Shown: positions 36,500 through 45,124 of the stretch, piece after piece
Numbering within the stretch: position 1 is the first letter of the stretch
Layout: every line of letters begins with the position of its first letter
NCBI GenBank assembly: GCA_043718065.1
Contig: JAYSWJ010000086.1
Span: 8,456 to 72,455, forward strand
Source: Polaromonas sp.
Lineage (GTDB): Bacteria > Pseudomonadota > Gammaproteobacteria > Burkholderiales > Burkholderiaceae_C
Reading direction: 5' to 3'
DNA: 64,000 nt
Notes under the pieces: generated by a model
What the model was told of the DNA's origin: nothing
Database searches by the model: none
Seen by the model: only the letters and a program-made list of their open reading frames with translations
Program-made: the position numbers and the translations under genes

Positions 36500-37570
36500 A
36501 TGGCTTCCAAAACCGCAATCCCACACACCGCAGCGTCGCTGCCAGCGCAAATAGAAATATTCCGCGCTGGCCAGCATACTGACGACGCGGGCGTGGTGCA
36601 CAACTTTAGCGCCGCCGATGTGGCGGGCATGGTAGCCGCCTACCAGCCAGCCTTGCGCGAAGCGCCGCTGACCATTGGCCACCCAGCTGACAACTTGCCC
36701 GCTTATGGCTGGGTCAACAGCTTGGCGGTCAATGCGGCGGGCAACCTGGCCATGAATGTGCACCAGGTGCAGCCGCAGTTTGCCGAGATGGTGGCGGCCA
36801 AGATGTTTAAAAAGCGCAGCGCCAGCTTTTACCCGCCTGGCCACGCCAACAACCCTGCACCCAACGCCTGGTACTTGCGCCACGTGGCCTTTCTCGGTGC
36901 GCAGCCGCCTGCTATTGCGGGCCTGGCTGATTTTGCCGCTGGCAGCGCCGAGGGTGCCGTTAACTTTTCAAGTGGCGATGAGCCTGCTGCAGCGCAATCT
37001 GTGGCTTTGGCTACGCCACCCCTACAACCCGCTGCAGCTGCAGTGCCCCCCGTTTTAACCCAGGAGCAAATCCACATGAGCAAAGAACTGCAAGACAAGC
37101 TTGACGCTATGACTGTCAAGCACGCCGAGACTGAGGCCGCCTTAGCTGCCACAAAGGCCGCTGCCGACACTGCCACTGCCCAGCTAGCCCAGTTTGCCGA
37201 GCAAACCAAAAAAGACCGCACTGCAGGCTTTGTGAGCTTTGCCGAAGGCGTAAAGCCCGAGGTGCTGCTACCTAAAGACCGCCCGATGGTAGTGGCTGCG
37301 TTAGAGGCGCTGGCCGATAGCAAGCCGGTGAGCTTTGCCGAAGGTGGCGCCACCAAGACGGTGTCGCCAGCCGACTGGTTTAAAAGCTTTGTCACCAGCC
37401 GCGCGCCGGTGGTCAGCTTTGGTGAGCACGCCCCCGGTGGCGCGGGCGCAGGCCAGGGTACCGAGGGTATGACCGAGGCAGAGATCGACACCAAGGCCAA
37501 AGTTTATGCCCGCATCAACAAGGTCAGCTACGCCGAAGCGCTGAGCGCGGTGGTGACCTTTAGCGCTTAA
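36500..37570 (+). CDS. Prohead protease / scaffolding protein (Mu gpI / P2 gpO-like)
   Basis: The N-terminus is IEIFRAGQHTDDAGVVHNFSAADVAGMVAAY...LTIGHP. The C-terminal half is an Ala-rich coiled coil. It lies directly upstream of the major capsid gene. Confidence 0.65.
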   Translation: MASKTAIPHTAASLPAQIEIFRAGQHTDDAGVVHNFSAADVAGMVAAYQPALREAPLTIGHPADNLPAYGWVNSLAVNAAGNLAMNVHQVQPQFAEMVAAKMFKKRSASFYPPGHANNPAPNAWYLRHVAFLGAQPPAIAGLADFAAGSAEGAVNFSSGDEPAAAQSVALATPPLQPAAAAVPPVLTQEQIHMSKELQDKLDAMTVKHAETEAALAATKAAADTATAQLAQFAEQTKKDRTAGFVSFAEGVKPEVLLPKDRPMVVAALEALADSKPVSFAEGGATKTVSPADWFKSFVTSRAPVVSFGEHAPGGAGAGQGTEGMTEAEIDTKAKVYARINKVSYAEALSAVVTFSA

Positions 37571-37641
37571 GTTCGGCAATCAAAACCGCCCTGTAGCACC
37601 CCCAGAACAAACCCCGACCATTTAACCCAAGGACCATCACC

Positions 37642-38601
37642 ATGATGACAACCGCACAGGTTCGCTTGAACCAAAGCCCCATTTTGACCAGCCTTATGCT
37701 GGGTATGGGCCAAGGCACCATGATTGCCGAATCGTTGTTCCCGCGTTTGCCGCAAGCGCTCAGCTCCGTGATGCTGGCCAAGGTGGGTAACGAGCGATTT
37801 AAGCGCTACAACCTGCGCCGCGCTCCGGGTGCAGAGACCAAGCGTGTCGAGGTCAAGTACGAAGGCAAGGCCTACACCGTAGATCAATATTCGGTCGAGG
37901 TGCCTATCCCGCGCGAGCTGATTCGCGAGTCTGACGAGTCGCGCCGCTTGAACGTGGGCAACTACCTGGACATCAGCCGCATTGCAATGGTGACCGCCAG
38001 CGGAATATTGGCACAAGACTATGAGCTGGACGTGGCCGGTGTGGCCACCCTGCCGGGCAGCTACGCTGCGGGCCATACCCAGGCTTTGGCTGCAGGCACC
38101 AAATGGAGTGCCACCACGGGTACACCGGTCACCGACATTCGCGCTGCCAGCGACATCATTCGTAAAAAGATCGGCAAGCGCCCCAACAAGTTGATCTTGT
38201 CGGCGGACGCGCAGGCAGCGATTATCACCAACACCGAGGTGCGCAGCTACCTGCCCAACACCCAGATGGGCCCCGCCACGATGGACCAGCTCAAAACCGT
38301 TTTGAACGTGTCGGAAATTGTCACTGGCGATGCGATTTGGTTTGATGCTGCCGATGTGGGCCAAGACATTTGGGGCAACAACGCTATTCTTGCTTATGTG
38401 CCTAGCATGGGCGCATCGGGCGGAGACATCAGCCTGGCTGAGCCTGCCTTTGGCTTTACCAACGTGATTGAAGGCCACCCGTTTGCCGAGACCCCGTATT
38501 ACGAGAACAAGTCCAAGAGCTGGGTGTACGGCGCAACCTTTGAGCGCCGGGCCAATGTGTCCTACAACACGGCAGCCTTCTTGTTCACCAACGTGAAGTA
38601 A
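37642..38601 (+). CDS. Major capsid protein (HK97 fold; lambda gpE / Phage_cap_E-like by eye)
   Basis: 319 aa. It follows the protease/scaffold gene, has an AAGGA RBS, and is followed by a strong hairpin. Confidence 0.7.
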   Translation: MMTTAQVRLNQSPILTSLMLGMGQGTMIAESLFPRLPQALSSVMLAKVGNERFKRYNLRRAPGAETKRVEVKYEGKAYTVDQYSVEVPIPRELIRESDESRRLNVGNYLDISRIAMVTASGILAQDYELDVAGVATLPGSYAAGHTQALAAGTKWSATTGTPVTDIRAASDIIRKKIGKRPNKLILSADAQAAIITNTEVRSYLPNTQMGPATMDQLKTVLNVSEIVTGDAIWFDAADVGQDIWGNNAILAYVPSMGASGGDISLAEPAFGFTNVIEGHPFAETPYYENKSKSWVYGATFERRANVSYNTAAFLFTNVK

Positions 38602-38623
38602 GCCGGGTTAAAAAAGTTTGAAG

Positions 38624-38645
38624 GTGAGTGAGTAAGTGAGTGAGT
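38624..38645 (+). repeat. Short tandem repeat (GTGA/GTAA) x5.5
   Basis: GTGAGTGAGTAAGTGAGTGAGT is read directly, 23 nt after the capsid stop. Confidence 0.6.
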
Positions 38646-38659
38646 TGAAGAGCGTGAAA

Positions 38660-38690
38660 GCCCGGGGCTGAGTAACCCTTAGCCCCGGGT
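38660..38690 (+). terminator. Hairpin downstream of the major capsid gene (attenuator/terminator candidate, no U-tract)
   Basis: The stem is GCCCGGGGCT / AGCCCCGGGT, 9-10 bp, with an 11-nt loop. Confidence 0.45.
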
Positions 38691-38715
38691 AGACATCAAC
38701 CGACAGAAAGAACCT

Positions 38716-39030
38716 ATGAAATATATTGCCCTCGTCGCTGTGGCTGTCCTGCTGGACGGTGCGCGCAAGATTTTTGAACCCGGCGAAGAAGTCACCGGTC
38801 TGCATGAGGTTGACATTGCGCAGCTTAAAAAGAGCGGCTGCATCGAAGACCAGCAAGACGTAGCCAAGGCCATCAAGGCTGACGCCAAAGCCGAGGCTGA
38901 CGCCGACGCTGAGTTTGCCGCTGCACGGGCCGCAGTGTTGGCGCGACAAGAGTCTACCGAGGCACCTGCCCCGGCTCAAACTGCCGCCCCTGAACCGGTC
39001 CCGGCGCCCGCGCCCGCCAAAAAGAAGTAA
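38716..39030 (+). CDS. Phage head-region hypothetical protein with Ala/Pro-rich C-terminus
   Basis: A 104-aa ORF between the capsid and the DUF2190-like gene. Confidence 0.45.
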   Translation: MKYIALVAVAVLLDGARKIFEPGEEVTGLHEVDIAQLKKSGCIEDQQDVAKAIKADAKAEADADAEFAAARAAVLARQESTEAPAPAQTAAPEPVPAPAPAKKK

Positions 39031-39090
39031 GCGCAGCCCCGCTAATATCTTTTGCACGATTAACCCCTCAACCCTTTTTAGGAGCGCCAC

Positions 39091-39471
39091 ATGGCATCTC
39101 AAAATAACTCTGGTGCCCAGCACCAAAAACGCTTTGCTATCACGATGGTGGCGCTGGTAGCCTTGGCCGCCAACCGCTTTGCGGCCTACGACGGTGGCTA
39201 CCCCAGCGCACTAGGCGGCGTGAAAGACTGCCAGGGCGTGACCGAATCAGATGCCGTTGCTGGCGACGCTGTCAGTGTAGTTACCGACTATTCGTACCTG
39301 GTTGAGGCCAGCGCTGCGATTGCCTTTGGCGACTACGTCAAGCCCGCCACCGACGGCACAGGCCGCGCTGCCGTAGGCGTGCTGGCAGACCATTGCGGCC
39401 GCGCCTTGGGCGCTGCGGCAGCGGCTGGCCAGCTGGTCGAAGTACAGATCGTCAAGCACGTTCACGCCTAA
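39091..39471 (+). CDS. DUF2190-like head decoration/cement-type protein
   Basis: 126 aa with a GGAG RBS. Glycine/alanine-rich beta-type composition and its position after the capsid support the call. Confidence 0.5.
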   Translation: MASQNNSGAQHQKRFAITMVALVALAANRFAAYDGGYPSALGGVKDCQGVTESDAVAGDAVSVVTDYSYLVEASAAIAFGDYVKPATDGTGRAAVGVLADHCGRALGAAAAAGQLVEVQIVKHVHA

Positions 39472-39508
39472 TCCGCTAGCCTCTTAAGCAAGCTCCACCG
39501 CGCACGCC

Positions 39509-40000
39509 ATGAACTACGCCACTGTGACCGATATGGTTGAGCGCTATGGCGAGCGCGAGATGATTGCGCTGACCGACCGAGAGGCTGGTGGCGAGGTCAA
39601 CACGTCGCTGTTGAACCGGTCGATTGGTGACGCCACAGCGTTTGTGGATGGCTTTGTAGGCAAGGTGTACAAGCTGCCCTTGCTGGGCTGCGCCAAGCCG
39701 GTCACGGTAGTCGGCGCAGCAGTGCAGTATGTAGCCCCGCCCGTGCTAACGCGCATAACGTGCGACCTGGCGCGCTACTACCTTTACACCGACCTGCCCG
39801 ATGAGCACGAGGTAACGCGCCGCCACAAGCAAGTGATCTTGGAGCTCAAGGCCATTGCCGATGGTAAAACCCAGCTGGTATGCCCCTACGGTGGATTGCC
39901 AGGTACACCGCTCAACGCCGACCCCTTGGTAAGCGCCGAGGTGTACCACAGCTTTGCGCCGCGCCAGATCACCGATAGCAGCTTGCGGGGATTTGCCTAA
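39509..40000 (+). CDS. Head-tail connector protein (Mu gp36 / DUF1320)
   Basis: The N-terminus MNYATVTDMVERYGEREMIALTD and LARYYLY are typical of DUF1320. Confidence 0.7.
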   Translation: MNYATVTDMVERYGEREMIALTDREAGGEVNTSLLNRSIGDATAFVDGFVGKVYKLPLLGCAKPVTVVGAAVQYVAPPVLTRITCDLARYYLYTDLPDEHEVTRRHKQVILELKAIADGKTQLVCPYGGLPGTPLNADPLVSAEVYHSFAPRQITDSSLRGFA

Positions 40001-40467
40001 TGGACGCGCAAGACACGCTATTTGCGTTGGAACCCCTGCTGCTAGCGCAGCTAGAGGCCAAGCTGGCTAACCTGACCCCACGCCCCAAGGTGCTGACCGC
40101 AGCAGACCTGGCCGGCGTGAGCGAGAACCAACAATTTACCCCCGCAGTACACCTGGTGTACCAAGGCTACCGCGTGGTCGAAAGCCCACGTAATGACGGC
40201 ACCGCAGCCCGTATAGAACAAGACTGGCTGTGCATTGTGGCCACGCGCAGCCAAAAGGCGATTCGTGCAGGCGATGCAGCCCGTAGTGAGGCTGGGGTGC
40301 TGGCACGCCGTGTGTGCGCCGCCATGATGGGCTTCAAACCCACGCCTGCCTCTAAACCGCTAAAGATTGCCAGCGGCCCCAACGCGGGCTACAGCGCAGG
40401 ATTTCAATACCTGCCCCTGACCTTTACGGCTGAGATTGTTTTAACACCCCTGAAAGAAAACCCATGA
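40000..40467 (+). CDS. Mu gp37-like head-tail joining protein
   Basis: 155 aa, immediately after the DUF1320 gene. The N-terminus has an L..L...L leucine pattern. Confidence 0.55.
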   Translation: MDAQDTLFALEPLLLAQLEAKLANLTPRPKVLTAADLAGVSENQQFTPAVHLVYQGYRVVESPRNDGTAARIEQDWLCIVATRSQKAIRAGDAARSEAGVLARRVCAAMMGFKPTPASKPLKIASGPNAGYSAGFQYLPLTFTAEIVLTPLKENP

Positions 40468-40634
40468 TCCCTAAAAATGACACCCCAGCCAAGCCAGAGC
40501 CTACCCTGAAGTTTCTTGTGGCGAAAGCCTTTTGGCTGGACCAAAAGCACTGCGCCGAAGGCGGCGTGGTGGAGCTGACCACCAGCCAGGCCAATCGCCT
40601 GGGCGATGCTGTAAAGCCGGCTAAAGCCGACTAA
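40464..40634 (+). CDS. Small hypothetical protein (56 aa, below the ORF-track cutoff)
   Basis: I translated it by hand: MIPKNDTPAKPEPTLKFLVAKAFWLDQKHCAEGGVVELTTSQANRLGDAVKPAKAD. It has an ATGA overlap with the upstream gene. Confidence 0.3.
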   Translation: MIPKNDTPAKPEPTLKFLVAKAFWLDQKHCAEGGVVELTTSQANRLGDAVKPAKAD

Positions 40635-40691
40635 ACCCAGGCCGCACAAAAGCGCATTTTCTCGAACCAATAACTTAACCTAGGAGCCGTC

Positions 40692-41441
40692 ATGGCAGAA
40701 ACCTCTTACTACCCCTACCTTGGCAGCGGCAGAATCTATGCACGAGTGGCTGGCACGGCTACTGGCCGCTTTGACCTGGGCAATGCCAGCAAGCTGGAGA
40801 TCAAGGTCAAGGAAGGCAGAAAGCAGCTCAAAGACTACACCAAGCCGGGCGGCGGCAGCTATGCCAGCGTAGCCCGTGTGGACAGCGCGACGCTGGAGAT
40901 GACGCTGCATGATTTGAATAAAACCAATGTGGCCCGCGCCGTGTTTGGCACTGAGTCAGTCGTCACTGGCGCTGCTGTGTTGGACGAGGTGGTGACAGCC
41001 TACAAAGGCGGCATCAGCACCCTGGCACACCCTGGTGCTACGGCCGTAGTGGTCACCAACAGCGCGGGCACTACCACCTACGTGGCCAACGCCGATTACG
41101 AAGTGCGGCCAGGCGGCATTTTAATTCTGGACGCAGGCACTATTGCCGATGCTGCCAGCCTGAAAGTGGACTACAGCTTTGCCACCTATAACAAGGTAGA
41201 GGCACTGACCAGCGCAGCGCAAACACTAGAGCTTTTCTTTGAAGGCCTTAACGAGGCCAACAGCGGCAAGCCCGTGCTGGTGGACGTGTACCGTGCCCAG
41301 CTAAGCCCCACCAAGGCGCTGGCACTGCTGGGTGATGACTTTGCCGATTTAGAGGTGGAGGCCGAGGTGCTGAAGGACCCTACCAAGACGGGCGTGGGCA
41401 TTAGCCAATATTTCCGTGCGCGACTGGCCACGGCGGCCTAA
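40692..41441 (+). CDS. Major tail (tube) protein, siphovirus type
   Basis: 249 aa with an AGGAG RBS. It is the last gene before the tape-measure gene. No sheath gene is present. Confidence 0.55.
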   Translation: MAETSYYPYLGSGRIYARVAGTATGRFDLGNASKLEIKVKEGRKQLKDYTKPGGGSYASVARVDSATLEMTLHDLNKTNVARAVFGTESVVTGAAVLDEVVTAYKGGISTLAHPGATAVVVTNSAGTTTYVANADYEVRPGGILILDAGTIADAASLKVDYSFATYNKVEALTSAAQTLELFFEGLNEANSGKPVLVDVYRAQLSPTKALALLGDDFADLEVEAEVLKDPTKTGVGISQYFRARLATAA

Positions 41442-41453
41442 AGGCAAGCTAGC

Positions 41454-41481
41454 CCACTGCTGCCTACTTGCGCAGCAGTGG
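41454..41481. terminator. 10-bp hairpin between convergent tail-tube gene and antisense small ORF
   Basis: The stem is CCACTGCTGC / GCAGCAGTGG with an 8-nt loop that contains the small ORF's stop codon. There is no U-tract. Confidence 0.4.
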
Positions 41482-41622
41482 CGCTACCACAGCCCATGCC
41501 AGCACGGCAATAGGGCCCAAAAGGCCTACCAGCACCAGCCAGCCCCAGCCCAGGCTGAGGCCAAAGCTGATGCCGCCCAAGGCGATGCACAGGGCTAGTA
41601 AAAAGGGGTTGGTTTTGCGCAT
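41464..41622 (-). CDS. 52-aa two-TM membrane protein encoded antisense between tail tube and tape measure
   Basis: I translated it by hand: MRKTNPFLLALCIALGGISFGLSLGWGWLVLVGLLGPIAVLAWAVVAPLLRK. It shows strong third-position GC bias. A TATAGT -10 ends 6 nt before the ATG. Confidence 0.5.
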   Translation of the reverse strand: MRKTNPFLLALCIALGGISFGLSLGWGWLVLVGLLGPIAVLAWAVVAPLLRK

Positions 41623-41649
41623 AGCCGCACTATACCGCAAGCCCCCAAA

Positions 41650-41667
41650 AATTGAAATTGTTTAGTT
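41650..41667 (+). promoter_or_regulatory. Late-promoter dyad copy 3 (AATTGAAATTGTTTAGTT, imperfect left half)
   Basis: It lies exactly 34 nt upstream of the tape-measure ATG at 41702. It overlaps the -35 region of the divergent small-ORF promoter. Confidence 0.45.
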
Positions 41668-41701
41668 CGCCCCCCGCGCGTGCCCGAGGCACATTAGCGG
41701 C

Positions 41702-44700
41702 ATGGGTAACGAATACAAAGTCCAAGTCGATGTCACGGCAGACACTGCGCAAGCGGCGTCTAACGTGGGCACGCTTAAACGTGGCTTTGATGATGCGGGC
41801 GTGGGCGCGGCCAATTTACAAGGCAAGGCGACAGGGGCAGGCCAGAGCCTCAACCAAGTAGGCCAGGCGGGCGAGACGGCCACCGCAGGCCTTGGCAAGA
41901 CGCGCGCAGGCTTGGTCAGCATCTCTGAGCAGTTGTCCCTCGCCAAGACGCAGTTTGGGGCCTTTATCGCCGCGCAACTGGGTTTATCGACCGTCAAGCA
42001 AGTCGGTCAGATTGCCGACGACTACAAAAACCTAGAGGCCCGCATCAGGCTGGCCACCGGCGCAGGTGCCAACTTCACTACCGGTTTTGAAGGCGTGGTG
42101 GAAATCGCCAAGCGCACCAACTCGAATTTAGAAAACACCGGCAACTTGTTTGCCAAACTCACCGAGACAGGCAAGAGCGCGGGCCTGAGCACACAATCTG
42201 CCATCGCCCAATCGTTGCGCTTGACCGAGACGATCAACCAAGCGGTACAACTGTCGGGTGCCAGCGCGGGCGCGTCCAGCGCCGCCATCACGCAATTGAT
42301 CCAGGGCTTGCAGTCGGGCGTATTACGTGGCGATGAATTTAACTCTGTCATGGAGCAGGCACCGCGCCTGGCCAAAGCGCTGTCTGATGGCCTGGGTGTG
42401 ACCACGGGCGAGCTGCGCAAGATGGCTGAGGCGGGGTCGCTTAGTAGCGAGACGGTGATCAATGCGCTGAAAGGCCAGTCTGACACTTTAAAAAATGAAT
42501 TCGCCACACTGCCCGCTACGGTGGGCCGTGCAGTCGAGAACTTGAGCACAAGCTGGTCTGTGTACATTGGCCAGGCAGACAAAGCCAGCGGGGCCAGCGG
42601 TGCGGCAGCCAGCGCCATCAATGGTCTAGCCAACAACCTGCAAACGGTAGCCGGCTACCTGATAGACGCTGGCCAGGCTGTGGCGGGCTTTACCGCATTG
42701 CGGCTGGCACAAACGTTCTTGGGCATTGGCGCAGCAGCTGCGCAATCAGCCGTAGGTACCGCTGCCAGCACTACGGCAACGGTGACCAATACCATAGCGC
42801 ACACTGCCAATGCCGCTGCCGCGGGGCGTGAAGCGCTGGCGTTTAAAGCGCTGGCCGCAGACGTGGCCACGCAAGCTGCAGCGCTAGGCGGCAACACGGC
42901 CGCAACGGCTGCCAACACGGCGGCCAAAACCGCCAGTGGTGCTGCTGCCGATGTAGCCTCTGCAGGCATAGGCCGCTTTGCTGCTGTGCTGAGCACGCTG
43001 CGCACCTTCACGCTGATCGGCCTGATCACCAACTTTAAAGACATTGGTACGTTTATCGGCGAAGGTATTGCCAAGCTGCAGGGCTACAAAGACAAAACCG
43101 AGGAGTTGGCCCGCGCCGACAAGCTGGCCACAGAGATTGCCAAAGACAACCTGCTGCAGCGCGAGCGCATGGACGGCCTGCTGAAAGCCAATATTGAAAA
43201 GCAGTTTGAGCTGTCAGCGGCTGCGCGCACCAGCCTGGGCGAATTTACCAAACTGACCAAAGAAGGCTCTAGCGCGGCTGAGGCGATTGGCAAAATAGGC
43301 AAAGACTTTGACCTGTCGAACGCGCCTGGCATCAAGAACGCCACGGCTGTACTCGACAAGCTGCTGGCCGATGGCAAGCTGACGGCCAGCGAGTTTCAAA
43401 AGGCATGGGCTGATGCGCTGAAGGGCGCTGACCTGGCGGTGTTTGAAACCCAGGCCCGCGCTGCGCTGTCGGGTACCGCCCGCGAGGCAGAGCGGCTAGC
43501 CCAGGTGATGGAGGCCACCCTGCGCGAAGCCGTGAAACGCACCGGGCTTGACTTTGCGGTCATCAGCGGCGGCATGGGCGCTGCAGCGCGCAGCGCCATC
43601 AACGACACCGAGTCGATTGTCAAGGGCTTGGATAGCCTAAAAAAACAAGGCGTCGACACCGCCCAAGTGTTAACGGCTAGCATTGGCAAAAGCATTGCGA
43701 CCGCAGACAGTGCAAAAGCGATTGAAACGGTCAAGCAGCAGATCGAGAGCCTGCGTAAGACTCTGGGTGACAAGTTGACCGATGGCCTGCTAGACCAAGC
43801 CACTGCCAAGGCCAAAGAACTGACTGCTGCGCTAGACGGTATCAAGCCCGGCATCAACAGCGTGGCTGAGGCCATTAAGACGCTAGGCATCACCAGCGAT
43901 GAATCGCTTAAGAAGACAGCTGCTACCAGCGTAGAGGCGTATGAGACCTTGCGCCAGTCGGGTACCAGCAGCGCGCGCGAGCTGGGTGCTGCGTTTGCCA
44001 GGGCCGCGGACGATGCCATTAAAGCCAACAACGGCATAGCCCCCAGCTGGGTGCAAGCCCAAGCCGGCGCACGCGGCTACGAGCTGGCCGCTGACGATGC
44101 AGGCAAAACGACAGTGCGCGCGATGGGCGCTGCAGGCACCTCCGTAGACGGGCTGCGCACCAAGGTGCAGGCCGCTACGGTAGACTTTGAAAAGCAAGCT
44201 GCAGCACTGGATGTGATCAACAGCAAATACGGCCAAGGAAAAGCCGATCGCGATTTTAAAACTGCTGCTGTTGGCTCGGGCAATGGGTCGGTCACGGGTG
44301 CTAACCGCGACCAACGCCTGGCTGGCCAAAACGCCGTAGACAACAGCCTGATATTTAAGCTGAAAGAAAAATCAGCCAAGGGCACGCTGACCGAGAAAGA
44401 CGCTGACGATCTGCGCAACGTGATTGCCGCGCTAGACCAAAACGAGCAGGTGTTTCGCGACCTAGACCGCTACAACCCAGCCGGCATATCTACCGAGGGC
44501 ACCCGCTCACGCAATGAAAACCGCGTCACGCGCCGACTTTTTTCTGACAGGTTAAACAGTTTTGACGGGGGCGGCGGGGCTGAGTTTGCCAAGGAAGCAC
44601 CTAGCCGCGTCGTCAACATCAATCTGCGCGCGCCCGATGGCAGCTTGCAAACCGTGCAGACCAATGACGCAGGCGCAGCAGCGCTGATTAAAACCCTGCA

Positions 44701-44722
44701 AAACGCAAAGCTGGCCGCATGA
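41702..44722 (+). CDS. Tail tape measure protein
   Basis: 1006 aa, Ala-rich and helical, with the tape-measure motif VLRGDEFNSVMEQAPRLAKALSDGLGVTTGELRKMAEAG. Confidence 0.85.
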   Translation: MGNEYKVQVDVTADTAQAASNVGTLKRGFDDAGVGAANLQGKATGAGQSLNQVGQAGETATAGLGKTRAGLVSISEQLSLAKTQFGAFIAAQLGLSTVKQVGQIADDYKNLEARIRLATGAGANFTTGFEGVVEIAKRTNSNLENTGNLFAKLTETGKSAGLSTQSAIAQSLRLTETINQAVQLSGASAGASSAAITQLIQGLQSGVLRGDEFNSVMEQAPRLAKALSDGLGVTTGELRKMAEAGSLSSETVINALKGQSDTLKNEFATLPATVGRAVENLSTSWSVYIGQADKASGASGAAASAINGLANNLQTVAGYLIDAGQAVAGFTALRLAQTFLGIGAAAAQSAVGTAASTTATVTNTIAHTANAAAAGREALAFKALAADVATQAAALGGNTAATAANTAAKTASGAAADVASAGIGRFAAVLSTLRTFTLIGLITNFKDIGTFIGEGIAKLQGYKDKTEELARADKLATEIAKDNLLQRERMDGLLKANIEKQFELSAAARTSLGEFTKLTKEGSSAAEAIGKIGKDFDLSNAPGIKNATAVLDKLLADGKLTASEFQKAWADALKGADLAVFETQARAALSGTAREAERLAQVMEATLREAVKRTGLDFAVISGGMGAAARSAINDTESIVKGLDSLKKQGVDTAQVLTASIGKSIATADSAKAIETVKQQIESLRKTLGDKLTDGLLDQATAKAKELTAALDGIKPGINSVAEAIKTLGITSDESLKKTAATSVEAYETLRQSGTSSARELGAAFARAADDAIKANNGIAPSWVQAQAGARGYELAADDAGKTTVRAMGAAGTSVDGLRTKVQAATVDFEKQAAALDVINSKYGQGKADRDFKTAAVGSGNGSVTGANRDQRLAGQNAVDNSLIFKLKEKSAKGTLTEKDADDLRNVIAALDQNEQVFRDLDRYNPAGISTEGTRSRNENRVTRRLFSDRLNSFDGGGGAEFAKEAPSRVVNINLRAPDGSLQTVQTNDAGAAALIKTLQNAKLAA

Positions 44723-45120
44723 GCACTATCACCCTGGCGCTGAGCGCTACCACCCTGCAACTGCCCAGCGCCTTGAGCTGGACAGACGAATACACCTGGT
44801 CGCCTATTGAGCAGGCGCAAACCTACACCACTACCGGCGCGCTGCTGATCGAAGAGGCGGTCAAGCAAACCGGCAAGCCCTACACACTGGAAGGTGCTGA
44901 GGATAAGACATGGTGCACGCGTGAGCTAGTCAACACCCTCAAGGGCTGGGCTGCAACGCCCGGCGTGCAGCTGGTGCTAACCATCCGCGGCATTGCCCGC
45001 CCAGTGACGTTTGACCACCTTAAAGGGGCCTTGCAGGGCCTGCCTGTGCAGTTTTTTGAAGACGGCTCGATTGCTGGCGATGACTGGTACGTGCCCACTT
45101 TGCGACTGATTGGAATTTAA
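44719..45120 (+). CDS. Tail-associated protein (unknown family)
   Basis: The ORF is coupled to the tape-measure gene by an ATGA overlap. Confidence 0.4.
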   Translation: MSTITLALSATTLQLPSALSWTDEYTWSPIEQAQTYTTTGALLIEEAVKQTGKPYTLEGAEDKTWCTRELVNTLKGWAATPGVQLVLTIRGIARPVTFDHLKGALQGLPVQFFEDGSIAGDDWYVPTLRLIGI

Positions 45121-45124
45121 CACT

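Noticed and set aside
37567-38478. A 303-aa minus-strand ORF covering the major capsid gene, plus similar antisense ORFs in the tape measure (42022-42636, 43396-44037), tail genes (47780-48493) and mfd (12198-12755).
   Set aside because: These are mirror frames of strongly supported genes, typical of high-GC sequence. They show no independent signals.
41416-41665. Plus-strand ORFs 41416-41598 and 41468-41665 as possible tail assembly chaperones.
   Set aside because: Their products are Pro/Ala/Gln/Lys-rich low-complexity sequences without an RBS. They are the reverse frames of the much better-supported 52-aa membrane ORF, and there is no slippery-sequence arrangement.
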